From Carcharhinus amblyrhynchos (lineage: Eukaryota): a stretch of DNA of 64,000 bases. Where the stretch lies: NCBI GenBank assembly GCA_965287045.1, contig OZ336888.1, positions 11,718,001 to 11,782,000 on the forward strand. The letters run 5' to 3'. The position numbers and the translations under genes were made by a program. Positions 61,113 to 64,000 of the stretch are shown piece after piece (the stretch's first letter is position 1; each line of letters starts with the position of its first letter). Below the pieces are notes generated by a model that saw only the letters and a program-made list of their open reading frames with translations, was not told the origin of the DNA and ran no database searches.

Positions 61113-63802
61113 AATTTAATAAAGTCAGAGGACATCTTGTGGGCCCAATTGGTTGCTAATATTTCTTTTTCAATGGTTACATACCTCTTTTCTGTGAGTG
61201 TGAAAGACCTTGAGGCAAAATAAATTAATTTTTTTTGCCCACTTTTTTGAACTTGAAGCAACACTGTGCCCAAGTGGCTGATGATGTCTCCAGTGCTGCA
61301 ATTGTTGGCAATACGTAATGTAGGAGAATTTCTGGAGAAATTAGGAGAGTTTTGATATTGTCAAAAGCATTTTGCCAGTCCATGCTACAGCGCTACTGTT
61401 TATCTTGTCTCAACAGGTATTGGAATGGCTTATTCATTCCTGATATGGAGATGCCGGTGTTTGACTGGGGTATTATTCATCCCTGCCAGGTTTCGTAGGA
61501 CCTTTCCAACTTGGTTGACCATCCCAAGGAATCCTTGGCACTCTGAGATGATTTTAGGTTGTGGGAACTCTTTGGTTTTCTGCAAATCAGCTGAAACTGC
61601 CAAAGTTTGCTACATGTGTCCAAAGAATTTTATCACAGGCTTTGCAAATTAACAGATGCTACTTAATGTTAAACTTGCTTCTCGTAGAACTTTGAGGACT
61701 CCGCTCATCTGATGGTCATGTTTTTCTCTCGGTGAGCCATGGACAAGGATGTTGTCCACATGGCATATTATTCCTGCCATGCTTTCCAGGATCGGAGACA
61801 TCATTCTTTGGATTCTTCTTCAGGTGCAGAAGCAATTCCAAGTAATAACCTATTAAAGGAATAGCAACCAAATGGGGTGATAAAAGTAGTTAGCATTCTG
61901 GATTCTTTACCCAGGGGCAACTGTTAGCATCCAATTTTGTGAAGAAGCTGCTTTTTGTTAATTTGACAAACCTTCTGTTTCTCCTGACTTTCATTTCCTT
62001 TCTGACTTTTGCTTTTGGGCTGTAGGAAGGAGAAATTTGGCTTATAGGAGGTTTCTCACATTCTCCTTTCATTCGATTTCCTCTTCCAAGCGAATGATCT
62101 ACGTGACATTGGCAAAATGTTTCTCCAGTCTTCACTAGGAATGTGAATGCACCCCGTCTGTTTACAACAAATCCGAAAACATACTTTTCCTCGTTGCCTT
62201 GGGGGTTCCTCACACCGACCTTCTGAACTGTACTGAACTCTAAGTTTCAAGCTTCATGTATGATTAGGAATTTAAAGGTGGGTTTAAGGGATTTATATTT
62301 GAAATGGTAAGCATTACAAATAAGGCATAGTTTTAAGTGGGCTTAATTTAATGTGTCTGCGCCTGTAAGGTTAAAACATATAATTAGATTCATGTTCAAA
62401 GGTCTTCATATGTGTGGAGTTGTTTAAGTTCTAATTGTGATTCTGTTGTGCTTAGAGAGGGACGAGTCCCTCCCCCCATGCCCCCTCCCCCACTCTGGAT
62501 GTCTCTCTATCCCCCCTCCTACTGGAGTTCTCCTCCATTATTCTGACTACCCCCCACCCACCCCCAAAACTGGTCTCCCAGCCCCTCCACACCCAACCTG
62601 GTCACCCCAGTGATTCTCCTTCCCGAAATCTAAACTATCACCTACCTTCCCCCTCTAAGTCGTCTCTTTAAGCACCTCCTTTATGGCAGCTCATGCTGCA
62701 AAAATGTTAATCTTCACTACGATCTCCAGTTACTCTGCATCAAAGTAGCAGGGATGTTCTTCACTGCTCCTACCTTAGTCAACCTGAGGGAGGAAAACTG
62801 GGCTAGGCACTGGCTTTGGGATTTCAGCGTGGGCAAGTCCATTCAGAATGGTAATCTGTTAGAGATTGATATTCCGAGGAAGTTAGGAGCCAATAGGCAA
62901 GTACCCTTTGGTAAAGTGTCTAGGTTGGTCATCGCTGTCATCACACTGTGCAGGATGTTCCCTTTCAACTTCCTTCAGCATCACATCAGAACCAGAAATC
63001 TTCCAGAGAATTCTTAATAGATATTCTTAAAGCATCGGATGGAGTTCTATGTCACAAGGGTGATGTCCTGTCCTATGGATCTACTCGTACAGACCATAAT
63101 ATTAAAGTGTGAGTTCTGCGACAACACTTACCAGAAAGCACTCAAAATCAAGTGTGAATTCTCACAGCTGATAGCCCAGTTCCTCGGGTTTATTGTGGAT
63201 CCACAGAGGGCAAAAGCAACCCAGGAGTTTCCAGCTCCTCAGAATGTAACTGAGCTTCAGGGATTCATGGGTAATGGTGAACCAAGTTGGAAAGTTCTTG
63301 CCCAACTGAGTTGTCTTCCCCATCAACCACTACTTCAGCTGTTGTGACAGGACAATACACAGTGCTGGGAGGAAGCACAACAGATATTTTGAGAAAACAT
63401 AGTCCTTGTTGAGAGGTAGAAACTTTTCCATTGACAATGGCCTTGGCCAGCAACAATGGCCATCTAGACTTGAAATATTGGCTCAACTGAAATCAGAGGT
63501 GTACAGAAATATGCTGAAGAATGTGTTTAGAGATTACTGCACCAAAGCATGGCCAGTGTATAAGCCACACAATCCCATTCTCAAACATTACCATAAACAG
63601 GATACTTGACGATTTACTCATCTACAAAGAGGGTGGTCATTCCAAGAGTTCTTGACAAACTATAACAACCGCACTAAAGACATCCCGACAGCAATAAACA
63701 TCAAGCCAGAGCAGGATACTCTGTTTGATGTTCAGATTTTATCAGAAACAAGATTATGGGTTGGAGCTCTCGGAATACAGAGGTAAAGTAGAACTGAATC
63801 GA

Positions 63803-64000
63803 TATAGAATCCCTTACAGTGCAGGAGGCCATTCAGCTCATCAAATCTGCACCGACTCTCCAATAGAATTTGGCACCCAGGCTCTATCCCACATATTTGT
63901 CCCACTAATCCTCCTAACCTACATATCTTAGGATACTAATGGACAATTTAGCATGGCCAACCCACCAGCTCGCACATCTTTGGATTGTGGGAGGAAACTG
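63803..64000 (-). mobile_element. HE1-type SINE, tail A, cut by the window edge
   Basis: Tail plus part of the V-domain. Confidence 0.85.

Larger units (their letters stand above)
57690..63760. mobile_element. Scattered fragments of a second Gypsy family
   Basis: Minus: TTFITPFGCYSFNRL and ICHVDNILVHG (~61740-61890), YFASRSFTLTEKRYVTIEKE (61120-61270), integrase YSRWFEV (~58480-58500). Plus: FPAPQNVTELQGFMG (~63230-63270). Interleaved with other repeats. Confidence 0.7.

Overview
Eukaryotic, repeat-dense DNA. The dominant repeat is an HE1-type V-SINE, which points to a cartilaginous fish, probably a shark (inference from repeat content only). A large fraction of the window is decayed mobile DNA: more than 25 HE1 SINE pieces with two alternative 3' tails, several CR1, Rex1/Babar-like and L2-like LINE 3' ends, Deu-domain SINE pieces, non-autonomous TIR DNA transposons, a near full-length degenerate Ty3/Gypsy element (49979-56389) and other Gypsy fragments. 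The only host-gene signal I can support is a minus-strand 75-nt candidate first coding exon (33503-33429) encoding a signal-peptide-like sequence and followed by AAG|GTAAGT; I cannot identify the gene and found no second exon. The most notable structures are two families of short Penelope-like insertions with an inverted repeat plus unpaired tail, 10-13 bp target duplications and minimal hammerhead ribozyme cores. One is a perfect 92-bp palindrome, and one family appears to show C3-G8/U3-A8 covariation. Hammerheads in Penelope-like elements are known in general, so any novelty is family-level. Most listed ORFs are chance frames in repeats. No CRISPR array, rRNA or intact tRNA gene was seen. 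All calls were made by eye and boundaries are approximate unless stated.
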